From: an uncultured Chloroflexia bacterium
Lineage (GTDB): Bacteria > Chloroflexota > Limnocylindria > QHBO01
Assembly (NCBI GenBank): GCA_963816215.1
Contig: CAWFKB010000001.1
Location: 54,298 to 118,297 of the forward strand
DNA: 64,000 bases
Direction: 5' to 3'
The translations under genes were made by a program, and so were the position numbers. The stretch's first letter is position 1, and the number at the start of each line of letters is the position of its first letter. Below the pieces are notes generated by a model. It ran no database searches. It was not told the DNA's origin and saw only the letters and a list, made by a program, of their open reading frames with translations. Shown piece after piece: positions 9,575 to 19,242 of the stretch.

Positions 9575-11569
9575 GTTTGGGCGACCTCGGCCAGGAGATC
9601 GCCGCGCTGCACCTGGTCACCGGCTCGCACGTGGATTGCGGTGACGGTCCCGGCCATGGGCGAGCTGACGGCGTGCTCCATCTTCATGGCCTCGATCACG
9701 ACGACCGGGTCGTGCGCCGCCACCGGGTCCCCCGCGTCGTGTCGCACCGCGACGACGCGCCCAGGCATGGGCGCGTGGAGCAGCGCGCTTCCGTCGACGT
9801 GGCTGGCATGGCGCACCGCTTCGTCCACGCTGGGCGGGCTGGCGATTCGAAACTCCAGGGACTGGCCGTCGACGTCGACGAATGCCGTGTCTCCGCGGCT
9901 CGCCACACGTCGATCCGAGGGTTTCGGACGCACGGAACGCTCTTCTGGACCATGGATCACCCGGATCGTGGGCCCGGCGTTCAACCGCCAGCCCCCTGAC
10001 CAGGGACTCGCTGTTCCCTCCGCGCCGACGAGCGCGGCTGCTGCCGCCTCCCACGCGTCGTCCGGAGGGGTGATAGGCCCGGGAAGGGGGAGGTGGGCGA
10101 CGGTGTCCGTGCGCATCTCGCCGTCGACGAAGGAGGGTTGCTCGAATAACCAGCGAAGGAAGTGGAGGTTGGTCCGCACGCCCAGGACGTGGGTGTCGGC
10201 GAGCGCGGCCCGCATCTCCTCTACCGCAGCCGTCCGGCTGGGTCCGTGAACGATGATCTTGGCCAGCAGCGGGTCGTATCGGTCGCTGACGAGGTCTCCT
10301 TCGCCGATTCCGGCGTCCACTCGAATCCCTTCCCCGTCCGGGAGGTGCAGCTCGACCACGCGGCCGGTGGCGGGGAGGAAGCCGGCCTCAGGATCCTCCG
10401 CGTACAGGCGGGCCTCGATGGCGTGGCCGTTCCATCGAACCGCCGCCTGCTCGACGCCGAGTGGCTCGCCGGCCGCGATCCGCAGCTGGTCGGCGACCAG
10501 GTCCCGCCCCGTCACCGCCTCGGTGACCGGGTGCTCCACCTGGAGGCGGGTGTTCATCTCGAGGAAGAAGAAGTCGCCGTCATCGGTCACCAGGAACTCC
10601 ACCGTTCCGGCTCCGACGTAGCCGGCGGCGGAGGCAACCCGCAGGGCGGCTTCGCCGAGCGACCGGCGCAGAGACCGATCCACCGATGGCGCAGGAGCCT
10701 CCTCGACGACTTTCTGCTGGCGCCGCTGGGTGCTGCAGTCCCGCTCACCCAGGTGCACCCCGTGGCCGTGGGCGTCGAACAGGACCTGGACCTCGACGTG
10801 GCGTGGGTTCTCGACGAGCCGTTCGAGGATGAGCCGATCGTCCCCGAACGCGGCCATGGCCTCTCGTCGCGAGGCGGCGAGCTCGTCGGGCAAGGCCTCC
10901 ACGGAACGAACCTGGCGCATGCCTTTGCCGCCGCCCCCGGCGGCGGGTTTGATGAGGAGCGGCAGACCGATGTCGACGGCCGCGGTCGCCAGGGTGGCTG
11001 TCGTCCTGGATCGGGTCGTCATAGCCGGCGACGACGGGGACCCCATGCGCGGCCGCCAGCCGGCGCGCGGCCGCCTTGTCACCCATGGCTTCGATGGCCG
11101 CCGGGGGCGGGCCCACCCAGATCAGTCCGCTGGCCGTCACTGCCGACGCGAAACCGGCGTTCTCCGCCAGGAACCCGTACCCCGGGTGAATCGCGTCCGC
11201 TCCAGCCCGGCGCGCGGCGTCCAGGATCGCGTCGCCGTCGAGGTAGGACGGGATCTGGAGGGCCAGGTCGCCGCCGGCGGGCGCAGGCTCGTCAGCCTCG
11301 TGGACGCGGATGACCCGTATGCCCAGCCGGTGTGCGGTGCGGGCCACGCGGACGGCGATCTCGCCGCGGTTGGCGATCAGGACCGCCCGGATGGGATGGG
11401 CCGGAGCGGCCGCCTCCGCGCCGACTGCGGAGAGCGATGCACGGGCAACGCGCATCCGCCCGCCGACCCGCGCGCCGGGGAGACGACCCGATGCGATCCA
11501 GCGCTGGACGGTCCGGACGGTGACGCCCAGCTCCTCGGCGACCTCGCGCGGGGTCAACTCGTCGCGCAC
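9571..11569 (-). CDS. liuD: 3-methylcrotonyl-CoA carboxylase alpha subunit (biotin carboxylase + carrier) with N-terminal Xis-like HTH; frameshift near 11000
   Basis: LIANRGEIA, HPGYGFLAEN, GGGGKGMR, EMNTRLQVEHPVTE, EAMKM biotinylation motif. Confidence 0.9.
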
Positions 11570-11605
11570 GTCGCGATTGTCGCAGCCGCGCCGCCTAGCG
11601 GCCGG

Positions 11606-12403
11606 TCAGTCCGCGGTGCCTCTCCAGGCTGGGTCGCGCTTCTCGAGGAAGGCGGACAGGCCTTCCTGTCCTTCCTCGCTGGAACGCTGGCGGGCGATGG
11701 CCGCGACGGTCAGCGCCCGGGCCTGCGCGGGCGGCTGGCCGCGGAGCTTTCGGATGAGTGCCTTCGCCTCGCGCACCGCGGTCGGGCCGGCGGCCAGCAG
11801 CTCGCCGACGAGCTCGTTGATGCGCGCATCGAGCGCGACTTCGTCCGCGACGACCTCGTGGACGAGACCGATGTGGCGTGCCCGGTCCGCGCCGAAGCGG
11901 CTGCCGGGCGGGAAGAGGGCGCGTGCGTTCGACTCCCCGATCTTGGCCAGCGCATACGGACCGATGACCGCGGGCAGGATCCCCAGCCGCGTCTCGGTGA
12001 ACCCGAACGTGGCGTCGGCGGTGGCCACCACGACGTCCGACACGGCGCACAGGCCCATCCCGCCCCCCAGGGCCGCGCCCTGGACCCGCGCGATGACCGG
12101 GACCGGACAGGTGTCGATGGTCTCGAGCATGACCGCCAGTCGCGTCGCGTCGGCCTCGTTGGCCGCCTCGTCGAGCGCCGCCGCCGATCGCATCCAGGCC
12201 ACGTCGGCACCGGCGCAGAACGTTGGCCCGGCCCCCGCCAGCACGACGGCGCGCAGCGCATCCGCAGGCTCCGCGGCGAAAGCGGCAAAGGCATCGGTCA
12301 GGGCGGAAACGAGCTCGGGATTGAAGGCGTTCCGGACGTCGGGCCGGTCCAGGGTGACGCGCGCCACCACCCCGTCGCGTTCGACGCGGAGGGGATCGGT
12401 CAT
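11606..12403 (-). CDS. liuC: Enoyl-CoA hydratase, likely methylglutaconyl-CoA hydratase
   Basis: RPDVRNAFN, FCAGAD, ALGGGMGL, ETRLGILPA; liu context. Confidence 0.88.
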   Translation of the reverse strand: MTDPLRVERDGVVARVTLDRPDVRNAFNPELVSALTDAFAAFAAEPADALRAVVLAGAGPTFCAGADVAWMRSAAALDEAANEADATRLAVMLETIDTCPVPVIARVQGAALGGGMGLCAVSDVVVATADATFGFTETRLGILPAVIGPYALAKIGESNARALFPPGSRFGADRARHIGLVHEVVADEVALDARINELVGELLAAGPTAVREAKALIRKLRGQPPAQARALTVAAIARQRSSEEGQEGLSAFLEKRDPAWRGTAD

Positions 12404-13206
12404 CCGTGCCCGCGGTGGATTGGCTCGGCGACGGCCCGCACTCCGGTCAACAACGGATCGGTCAGCCAGCGTGCTTCGACGCCCTCGGGCGCCTCCGGCA
12501 GCGCGCCACCCCCACCGACCAGGCCCAGCACCAGCGCCCATCCCTGTCCGATGTCGGCCTCGACCAGGTATGCCTCGCGAACGCCCGGCCAGCCCGCCAC
12601 CGTGACGGCGGCGGCCTGTTCCAGCGCTGCTGCCTCCGGCCCGGGCAGCCGCACCCGGATCGAGGTGCCACCGCCCTCGGTCAGCAGTGGTTCATCGGTC
12701 CCGGGCAGGCGTCCGGCCGCGAGATCGGTCAGCTCATCGGGCTCGAATCGGTAGGGAATCGGTCCGGCGGGATCGAGGATGGCCGGCAGGCCGGCCGCGG
12801 CCAGGTTGGAAAGGGCAATCCGGGCCGGGACCGCGAGGGACGTCGACCCGAGCGGCGACCAGGCGGCCAGCGCCGCATGCGACCCGAACACGATGCTCAC
12901 CGGGTTGCCGTCCACACCGCGGCCCAGCAGGACTCCGACCTCGACCTCTGCCTCGTCGTCCACGACCTGGCCCACCGCCTCGCGAGCCTGCTCCTCGGCG
13001 CCCGGCGGGACAGGGAGAAGCAGCGTGCCGGTGCCCAGGGCCCGATAGAACGCGTGGAGGGGCGCCAATTCGTCGGTCCCCTCCGCGTCGCGGGCGGCCA
13101 ACGCCGCCTCGTACAGCATCGCGGAGCTCTCTTCGAGGCTCCCGCTCGGAACATCGCGGGCGTGCGAGCCGGGAATCGGCCGCTCGTCGGATGGCGTGTC
13201 GGACAT
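12400..13206 (-). CDS. SseB family protein
   Basis: FYRAL..GTLLLP, F.SHAALAAW, ILDPAGP, C-terminal PGVREAYL; 4-nt overlap with liuC. Confidence 0.6.
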   Translation of the reverse strand: MSDTPSDERPIPGSHARDVPSGSLEESSAMLYEAALAARDAEGTDELAPLHAFYRALGTGTLLLPVPPGAEEQAREAVGQVVDDEAEVEVGVLLGRGVDGNPVSIVFGSHAALAAWSPLGSTSLAVPARIALSNLAAAGLPAILDPAGPIPYRFEPDELTDLAAGRLPGTDEPLLTEGGGTSIRVRLPGPEAAALEQAAAVTVAGWPGVREAYLVEADIGQGWALVLGLVGGGGALPEAPEGVEARWLTDPLLTGVRAVAEPIHRGHG

Positions 13207-13253
13207 CGCGGCCAGCCTACCGAATCGTCCGCGGCGACGGGTAGGATCGGAGC

Positions 13254-13997
13254 ATGGCCGACGGCATTGACCACCTCGTCCTGGCCGTCGCCGACCTCGA
13301 GCCGCAGCCGACGCGCTGGAGCGCGACGTTGGCCTGATCTGCACCGGAGGCGGGCGACACGAGGGACTGGGCACCGCCAACCGGATCGCGTTTCTGGCCG
13401 ATGGAAGCTACGTCGAGCTGATGGCTGTCGAGGACCCGGCGGTTGCCTGTCCTGGCCCATCGGTCGCGAGCCACTCTCCGTGCCCTGGACGCGGGCAGCG
13501 GGTTGGCAGCCGTCGCGCTGAATGACGACGATCTGCCGACCACGTGTCCGCTCTCCGAGCGGCGGGAGCTCGCATTGGCCTGCCCAACGTCGGGGCTGCG
13601 GCGGCGTCCCGACGGTGAGGTCGTCCGGTGGTGGACGGCTGTTGCCGAACCGATGGCGCGCCGACGCGCTTCCGTTCCTGATCCGCCACGACCGGCGGGC
13701 GCGAGTGGGGCCTGGCCGCGGTGGCCGCCCGGGCGTCCATCGCGCATCCGGCCGGTCGGACCGGTTCACCTGCCCCAGCTCGACCTGCCCGTGCCCGATC
13801 GGCAGGGCTCGCCGCGCTCCACCTCCGTGAACTGGGCATGGAGTTCACCGCCAGGTGACGGGCAGTGGCTGCCATCGTGCACCCTCGTTCGACTCGTGCC
13901 GGACGCTCCGAATACGCCACCCACGGTCGCCCTCCGGGTCAATGGTTCGCCGCGGACCGTCAAGGCCTTCCGCATGACCTGGGAGTTGAGTCGGTAG
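13254..13997 (+). pseudogene. VOC/glyoxalase-like protein with multiple frameshifts
   Basis: IDHLVLAVADL, GGRHEGLGTANRI...SYVELM, VRWWT and LPFLIRH are spread over different frames. Confidence 0.75.
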
Positions 13998-14055
13998 GAT
14001 CTACGGCCGCCGCGTCCGCAGTCTGACCGCAGGGCGTTGGCCCTAGGATGCGGAC

Positions 14056-14864
14056 GTGACCGAAACCCGCATGCCAGCGACTCGATTGGTCGCCCTGTCC
14101 TCCGCCCTCTGCCTCGTCCTCGCCGCCTGCCGGGTCGAGACAGGCGGCAGCGCCTCGCCGCCGGCCTCGGAGGGCGTCGCTTCCACCATCGGTTCGCCGT
14201 CGGCTACGGCGAACCCATCCCCCCCACCATTCCCCGCCGTCGAGCTGCCTCCGGACAGCCGCGTTGGGCTTGCCTACGACCTCGAGACGCATGACGTCCC
14301 GGGCGAGCCGGCGGTCGGCCTGCTGGAGGCCGGAGCCGAGGTGATCGTCGCCAGCGGCCCACGGGAGTTCGAGGGCGAGACCTGGTACCAGGTCCGCGCG
14401 GACGCCAACGCTTCTTCGGTCTGGGTGCGCCTGAGGATCCAGCCGCGACGGCGCCGTCGAGGCTACGTGCCCGGACAACGATCAGGAAGGTGGTCATGCT
14501 GGCCTGGGATCGGGTGGTCTGCGTCGATGATTCCCCGGTGACAGTCTCCGGCGAGATCGGCCATTGCCAGGGCGGCGTGGTCTCGGCCGAACCGGCATGG
14601 CTTGCCTACGCATGTTGGGTGGTGAGTGACCTGGCCGGCGGAGGCATGGCCCTGCATTCCACCCCCGATAGCGGCATCGTCTTCCCCGATGCAACTGTCC
14701 AGGCTCGGCTGACCGGTCATTTCGATGACCCCGCGGCCGAAACCTGCCGCTACCACTACGACGGCTACGATGCGGCGGACGTCTGGCGTCTACCGAGCCC
14801 GACCGAGCAGATCCTCCTGTGCCGCGAGGCATTCGTCGTGGACACGATGGAGATCGTGCCGTAA
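14056..14864 (+). CDS. Hypothetical lipoprotein; frameshifted near 14440-14480
   Basis: Lipobox LAAC, P/S-rich linker, SH3-like GPREFEGETWYQV; Cys-rich C-terminal half (GHFDDPAAETC) in another frame. Confidence 0.65.
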
Positions 14865-14890
14865 CCGCCCTAGGTCGCCGGCGGGCTCCG

Positions 14891-16490
14891 CTACATCCGG
14901 AAGACACCGAACCGCGTCTCGCCGATCTCCTGGTTCAACGCTGCGCTGATGCCCATCGCCAGGACTCGCCGCGTGTCCAACGGATCGATCACCCCGTCAT
15001 CCCACAGGCGCGCGGTGGAGAAGTAGGGCGAGCCCTGGCGCTCGTACTCGGCCAGGATCGGCGCCTCGAATGCGTCCCTGTCCGCATCGGTCGGCGAAGT
15101 CGCCGCGCACGGTGGACAGGACACGGGCGGCCTGGGCCCCGCCCATGACGCTGATCCGGGCGTTGGGCCACATCCACAGCTGACGCGGCCCATACGCCCG
15201 CCCGGCCATGCCGTAGTTCCCTGCCCCGAACGACCCGCCGATGATCACCGTGAACTTGGGCACGGCCGTGGTCGACACCGCGGTCACCAGCTTGGCGCCG
15301 TCCTTGGCCAGGCCGCCGGCCTCGTACTCCCGACCGACCATGAATCCGGTGATGTTCTGGAGGAAGACGAGCGGGATCCGGCGTTGCGACGCGAGCTCGA
15401 TGAAATGCGCGCCCTTGAGCGACGATTCGCTGAACAGGATGCCGTTGTTGGCCAGGATCCCGACCGGGTAGCCCTCCAGCCGCGCGAAGCCACAGACCAA
15501 CGTCTCCCCGTACCGCTCCTTGAACTCGTGGAACTCGCTGCCGTCCACCAGCCGCGCGATGACCTCGTGGACGTCGTAGGTGTGGCGCGGGTCCGCCGGG
15601 ATGACGCCGTACAGCTCGTCCGGATTGACCGATGGCGGCGCTGCCGCCGTCACCTCCCAGGGCGGCTCCGGCTTGCGCCAGGCGAGGTTGCGCACGATGG
15701 AGCGGGCAATGGCCAGGGCGTGCTCGTCGTCGAGGGCGTAGTGATCGGCCACGCCGCTGGTCACGGTGTGGACCTCGGCCCCGCCCAGCTCCTCGGCAGT
15801 GACGACTTCCCCGGTGGCCGCCTGTACCAGCGGCGGGCCGCCGATGAAGATCGCCCCGGTCCCGCGCACGATGACGGTCTCGTCGCTCATGGCCGGCACG
15901 TACGCCCCGCCAGCCGTGGAATGGCCCATCACGACCGCGATCTGGGGAATGCCGCGCGCCGAGAGATGGGCCTGGTTGTAGAAGATCCGGCCGAAGTCGT
16001 CCTTGTCCGGGAACACCTCGTCCTGGAGCGGGAGGTACGCGCCGCCGCTGTCCACCAGGTACAGGCACGGGAGCCGATTCTCGAGCGCGATCTCCTGGGC
16101 CCGCAGGTGCTTCTTCACGGTCATCGGGAAGTAGGTGCCGCCCTTGACCGTCGCGTCATTGGCCACGACCACGCACTCCACACCCTCGACCCGGCCGATC
16201 CCGGTCAGGATCCCGGCCCCGGGGGCGTCGTCGTCGTACAGGCCCGTGGCCGCCAGCGCGGACAGCTCCAGGAATGCGCTGCCCGGATCGATGAGCCAAT
16301 CCACGCGCTCGCGGACGGGGAGCTTGCCGCGCTCCCGGTGACGCGCGATGGAACGCTCGTCCCCCGCCGCGCCGTTGGCGCTGATCCGTGCCGTCCGCGC
16401 GCGCAGCTCCGCAACCAGGGAGGCCATGGCTGTCGCGTTGGTCGCGAATGACTCCGACGCGGGGTTGAGGGTGGAGCGGAGGACGGCCAT
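14891..16490 (-). CDS. liuB: 3-methylcrotonyl-CoA carboxylase beta subunit; frameshift near 15087
   Basis: [42 protein letters not shown]...FGVFRM. Confidence 0.93.
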
Positions 16491-16553
16491 GACCGTCCGA
16501 TTATCCCGGCCGGTGGCTCTTCCCGGAGCGCGCCGCGGCAGCGGCGCTATCGG

Positions 16554-17111
16554 TCAGGCGAGGCTGACCAGCGGAACGATCTCTGTGACGTGCGCCGAAT
16601 TGACGATCACGACCGAGACGACGTGCTCGAAGGCCGGCTCGCCGTGGTAGAGCATGTGCGCCTCGGTCAGCGGGATGAAGGCGGGGAGCTGGTACGGGTC
16701 CGGAAACGCGGCGCCGGGTGGCAGGTGCAGGTTGCCCGTCACCGTGAACGGCCCGGCGTCGGTTGCCACGCGCTGGATCCGTCGGTGGAGGCGGAGCTGG
16801 CGGTTCGTGCGCCACTCGGGGGGCATGACCAGGACGACGTCGGTGGTCGTGACGGTGCGCCACTCGCCGGACTTGTCGAGGATCGGGCGCAGCGGCAGCT
16901 CCTCACTACCGGCCCGGGGCTGCCACAGGCGAAGCTCGTCGCTGGCGAGCAGCAGGTCGGTGACCCGCTGACCCTTGGACGCGATCCACCCGACGACCCG
17001 CGTGTCGGCGGTATAGAGCTCGATGGGCGCCAGATCCGTGCCCGTGGCCAGCGCCGCTGCGCCGGAGGTCGCGGTGCCCGCACCACCTCGGCGCCAGTTC
17101 CAGAACGTCAC
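16554..17111 (-). CDS. Hypothetical beta-rich protein, possibly two tandem small domains (DUF6812-like)
   Basis: IELYT...QRVTDLL and VTGNLHLPPG...FIPLTEA...VIVN segments. Confidence 0.55.
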   Translation of the reverse strand: MTFWNWRRGGAGTATSGAAALATGTDLAPIELYTADTRVVGWIASKGQRVTDLLLASDELRLWQPRAGSEELPLRPILDKSGEWRTVTTTDVVLVMPPEWRTNRQLRLHRRIQRVATDAGPFTVTGNLHLPPGAAFPDPYQLPAFIPLTEAHMLYHGEPAFEHVVSVVIVNSAHVTEIVPLVSLA

Positions 17112-17163
17112 GGGCCAAACCTACCGGCTGGGTGCGGTTGCGAACAGAACCCGTGAGTACTGG

Positions 17164-17242
17164 CCGATGGGCGCCGATGGGCCGTTGCCCCTCGGCAACA
17201 CCGCCGCCGCCCGGGGACCATCCCCCGATGGGCCCAATGGGC
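17164..17242. repeat. Four copies of CC(G/A)ATGGGC as two tandem pairs in a divergent intergenic region
   Basis: Copies at 17164-17172, 17174-17182, 17225-17233 and 17234-17242. Confidence 0.7.
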
Positions 17243-17257
17243 TATACAGAGCGTCCG

Positions 17258-17614
17258 ATGGAGCGCGAACCGGTGCCCGAGACCACGTTCGAGGAGTTCG
17301 CGAAGACCGACATGCGAGTCGGCCGGATCGTCTCGGTCGAGCCATTTCCGGAGGCCCGCAAGCCGTCGTACCGGCTGCGCATCGACTTTGGCGCCGAGCT
17401 CGGCGAACGGGTGTCGTCCGCCCAGCTGACGGTCACCTACCCCGACCCAGCGGTGCTGATCGGTCGCCAGGTCGTCGCTGTCGTGAACTTCCCGCCCCGC
17501 CTGATCGCGGGCCTTGCGAGCGAGGTCCTCGTCCTGGGCGCGATGGGCGACGACGGCCACGTGTATCTTCTCGAGCCCGATCCCGCCTCGCCCGACGGCC
17601 TCCGGATCGGGTGA
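17258..17614 (+). CDS. csaA: CsaA-type tRNA-binding/chaperone OB-fold protein
   Basis: DMRVGRI, ARKPSY, SSAQLT, VVNFPPR.IAG..SEVLVLG. Confidence 0.9.
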   Translation: MEREPVPETTFEEFAKTDMRVGRIVSVEPFPEARKPSYRLRIDFGAELGERVSSAQLTVTYPDPAVLIGRQVVAVVNFPPRLIAGLASEVLVLGAMGDDGHVYLLEPDPASPDGLRIG

Positions 17615-17633
17615 CGGGCATACTTGACCGGCC

Positions 17634-18065
17634 GTGACCGCATTGGATCAGCCGCTCCTGGGTGACGCGCCGGAGGGAATGCCGGACCCGGGACTGGCGC
17701 CGCCCCAGGTGGCGCGCGCGGGCGACCCCTTCGCGTCGCTGCGCATCGTGGTGGGGCTGTCGCGGTTGTCTCGCAACGTGACTCACCAGCTGCGGGACGT
17801 CGTGGCCGCCATCAACGCGGCGCATGTCGACTGGTCGTTCGACGAATCGGTTGTCCTTGCCGAGGTGGTGCAGCTCCAGTCCAACTGGAGCATCTCGTTC
17901 CACGGCGAAGACCGGATCGTGCTGGGCGAGAACGAGCGCGGCCGAACGCTGCTGATCGTGGACTCGACCAAGATGACGCCCTTCCTCGTCGCCCAGGCAC
18001 AGCACCGCGCCGAGGCCTGTGACGAGGAGCTGCGATCGTTCGCCGCGGGCGACAGCAACTACTGA
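17634..18065 (+). CDS. Hypothetical protein
   Basis: Coding-like composition, co-directional with csaA. Confidence 0.65.
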   Translation: MTALDQPLLGDAPEGMPDPGLAPPQVARAGDPFASLRIVVGLSRLSRNVTHQLRDVVAAINAAHVDWSFDESVVLAEVVQLQSNWSISFHGEDRIVLGENERGRTLLIVDSTKMTPFLVAQAQHRAEACDEELRSFAAGDSNY

Positions 18066-18069
18066 CCGC

Positions 18070-18535
18070 GTGGCCAAACCGATCCGATTCACCGCGCGGC
18101 TCGAGTCGGAGCCCAACGGAGGGCGCTTCGTGGTCATTCCGCTCGACCTCCGCGCACTCTTCGGCGAGCACCGCCCTGCGCTGAGGGCCACGGTCAATGG
18201 CTACACCTTCCGGACCCGCGGCCTCCGGTACGGCGGCCGCTATCTCCTCGGCTTTAGCCGCGAGGTCCGTGAGGCGGCGGGCATCGCTGACCAGGACGAG
18301 CTCTCCGTGGACATCGAGGCCGACACGGAGCCGCGAACGGTGACGGTTCCCCTAGAGCTGGCCGAGGCCCTGGCCGCCTCGCCGGATGCGCAGACCTTCT
18401 ACGACGGGCTGGCCTTTCACCCACCGCCGCGAGTACGCCGAGTGGGTGGGGGACGCGAAGAAGGCTGAGACCCGTAAGCGGCGGGCGGCCACAGCGGTCG
18501 AGCGCCTGCTGGCCGGCGTCCGCGACCCGACGTAA
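18070..18535 (+). CDS. YdeI/OmpD-associated (DUF1905-like) protein; frameshift near 18416
   Basis: ATVNGYTFRT, VREAAGI, DTEPRTVTVP.ELAEAL, then HRREYAEWVGDAKKAETRKRR in a shifted frame. Confidence 0.8.
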
Positions 18536-18544
18536 GATCGGGCC

Positions 18545-18646
18545 ATGCGAGAACTCCTCAGGAACCGTCTCTTCGCGCTCGCGATCCTGGCCCTGCCGCT
18601 GCTCATCGCGGCATGCAACAGCAGCGGGGCGGCCCCGGGCTACTGA
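18545..18646 (+). CDS. 33-aa micro-lipoprotein, absent from the ORF track
   Basis: MRELLRNRLFALAILALPLLIAACNSSGAAPGY*: basic n-region, h-region, lipobox IAAC; TAAGAT 6 nt upstream. Confidence 0.75.
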   Translation: MRELLRNRLFALAILALPLLIAACNSSGAAPGY

Positions 18647-18712
18647 CCGGTGATCACCGGCTGTGCCGTTCGACCGACTGGTAGCTGGGTGGAGGGAACC
18701 CGAGCTGGGCGC

Positions 18713-19228
18713 CTAGGGTTTCGGCAGTTCAACCAGCCGCTCGCGACCGGTCTCGCGAGCGTACGCCCAGACGTCGATTTCCGGCGGCATCACCCCCAGG
18801 ACGGTCAGGACGGTACAGACCTGGCTCCGATGATCGGTGCCGTGGTGGACGACCTGGGCGAGGCGGACGCCCATCGGGGAGTGGTTCTCCCACCCGTTCT
18901 CGGTCTCGACGATGGCCTCATCCGGGTCGAGCTGCCCGGTGAGCAGCTCGGTCCACGCACTCGCGTTGGTCGCCATCTCGGCTCGTAGCGCCGCGAGACT
19001 GGCGTCACCCTCGTCATCCACCGGTGCAAGCCGTTCGCCGCTCGGGAAGAACGACAGGTACCACCGATCGGAGCCGACGATGTGGCGCAAGGTGCGGATG
19101 ATCGAGCCATACGTACCGGGAACGGGGGTCTCCAGCTGCTCGGGCGTGAGGGCCGTGCAGGCGTCGATCAACCGATCGGTCGCCCACGCGTGATGGGCGA
19201 AGGCGTCGCCGAGCGGCGAGCCGGGCAT
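18713..19228 (-). CDS. DinB family protein
   Basis: HHAWAT, GSIIRTLRHIV, HGTDHRSQV. Confidence 0.9.
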   Translation of the reverse strand: MPGSPLGDAFAHHAWATDRLIDACTALTPEQLETPVPGTYGSIIRTLRHIVGSDRWYLSFFPSGERLAPVDDEGDASLAALRAEMATNASAWTELLTGQLDPDEAIVETENGWENHSPMGVRLAQVVHHGTDHRSQVCTVLTVLGVMPPEIDVWAYARETGRERLVELPKP

Positions 19229-19242
19229 CGATCCCTGATCCG

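Noticed and set aside
11420-11569. Prophage or ICE excisionase
   Set aside because: No integrase, att site or phage genes; the domain is in frame with liuD
17164-17242. CRISPR array
   Set aside because: Repeats are only 9 bp, without regular spacers or cas genes
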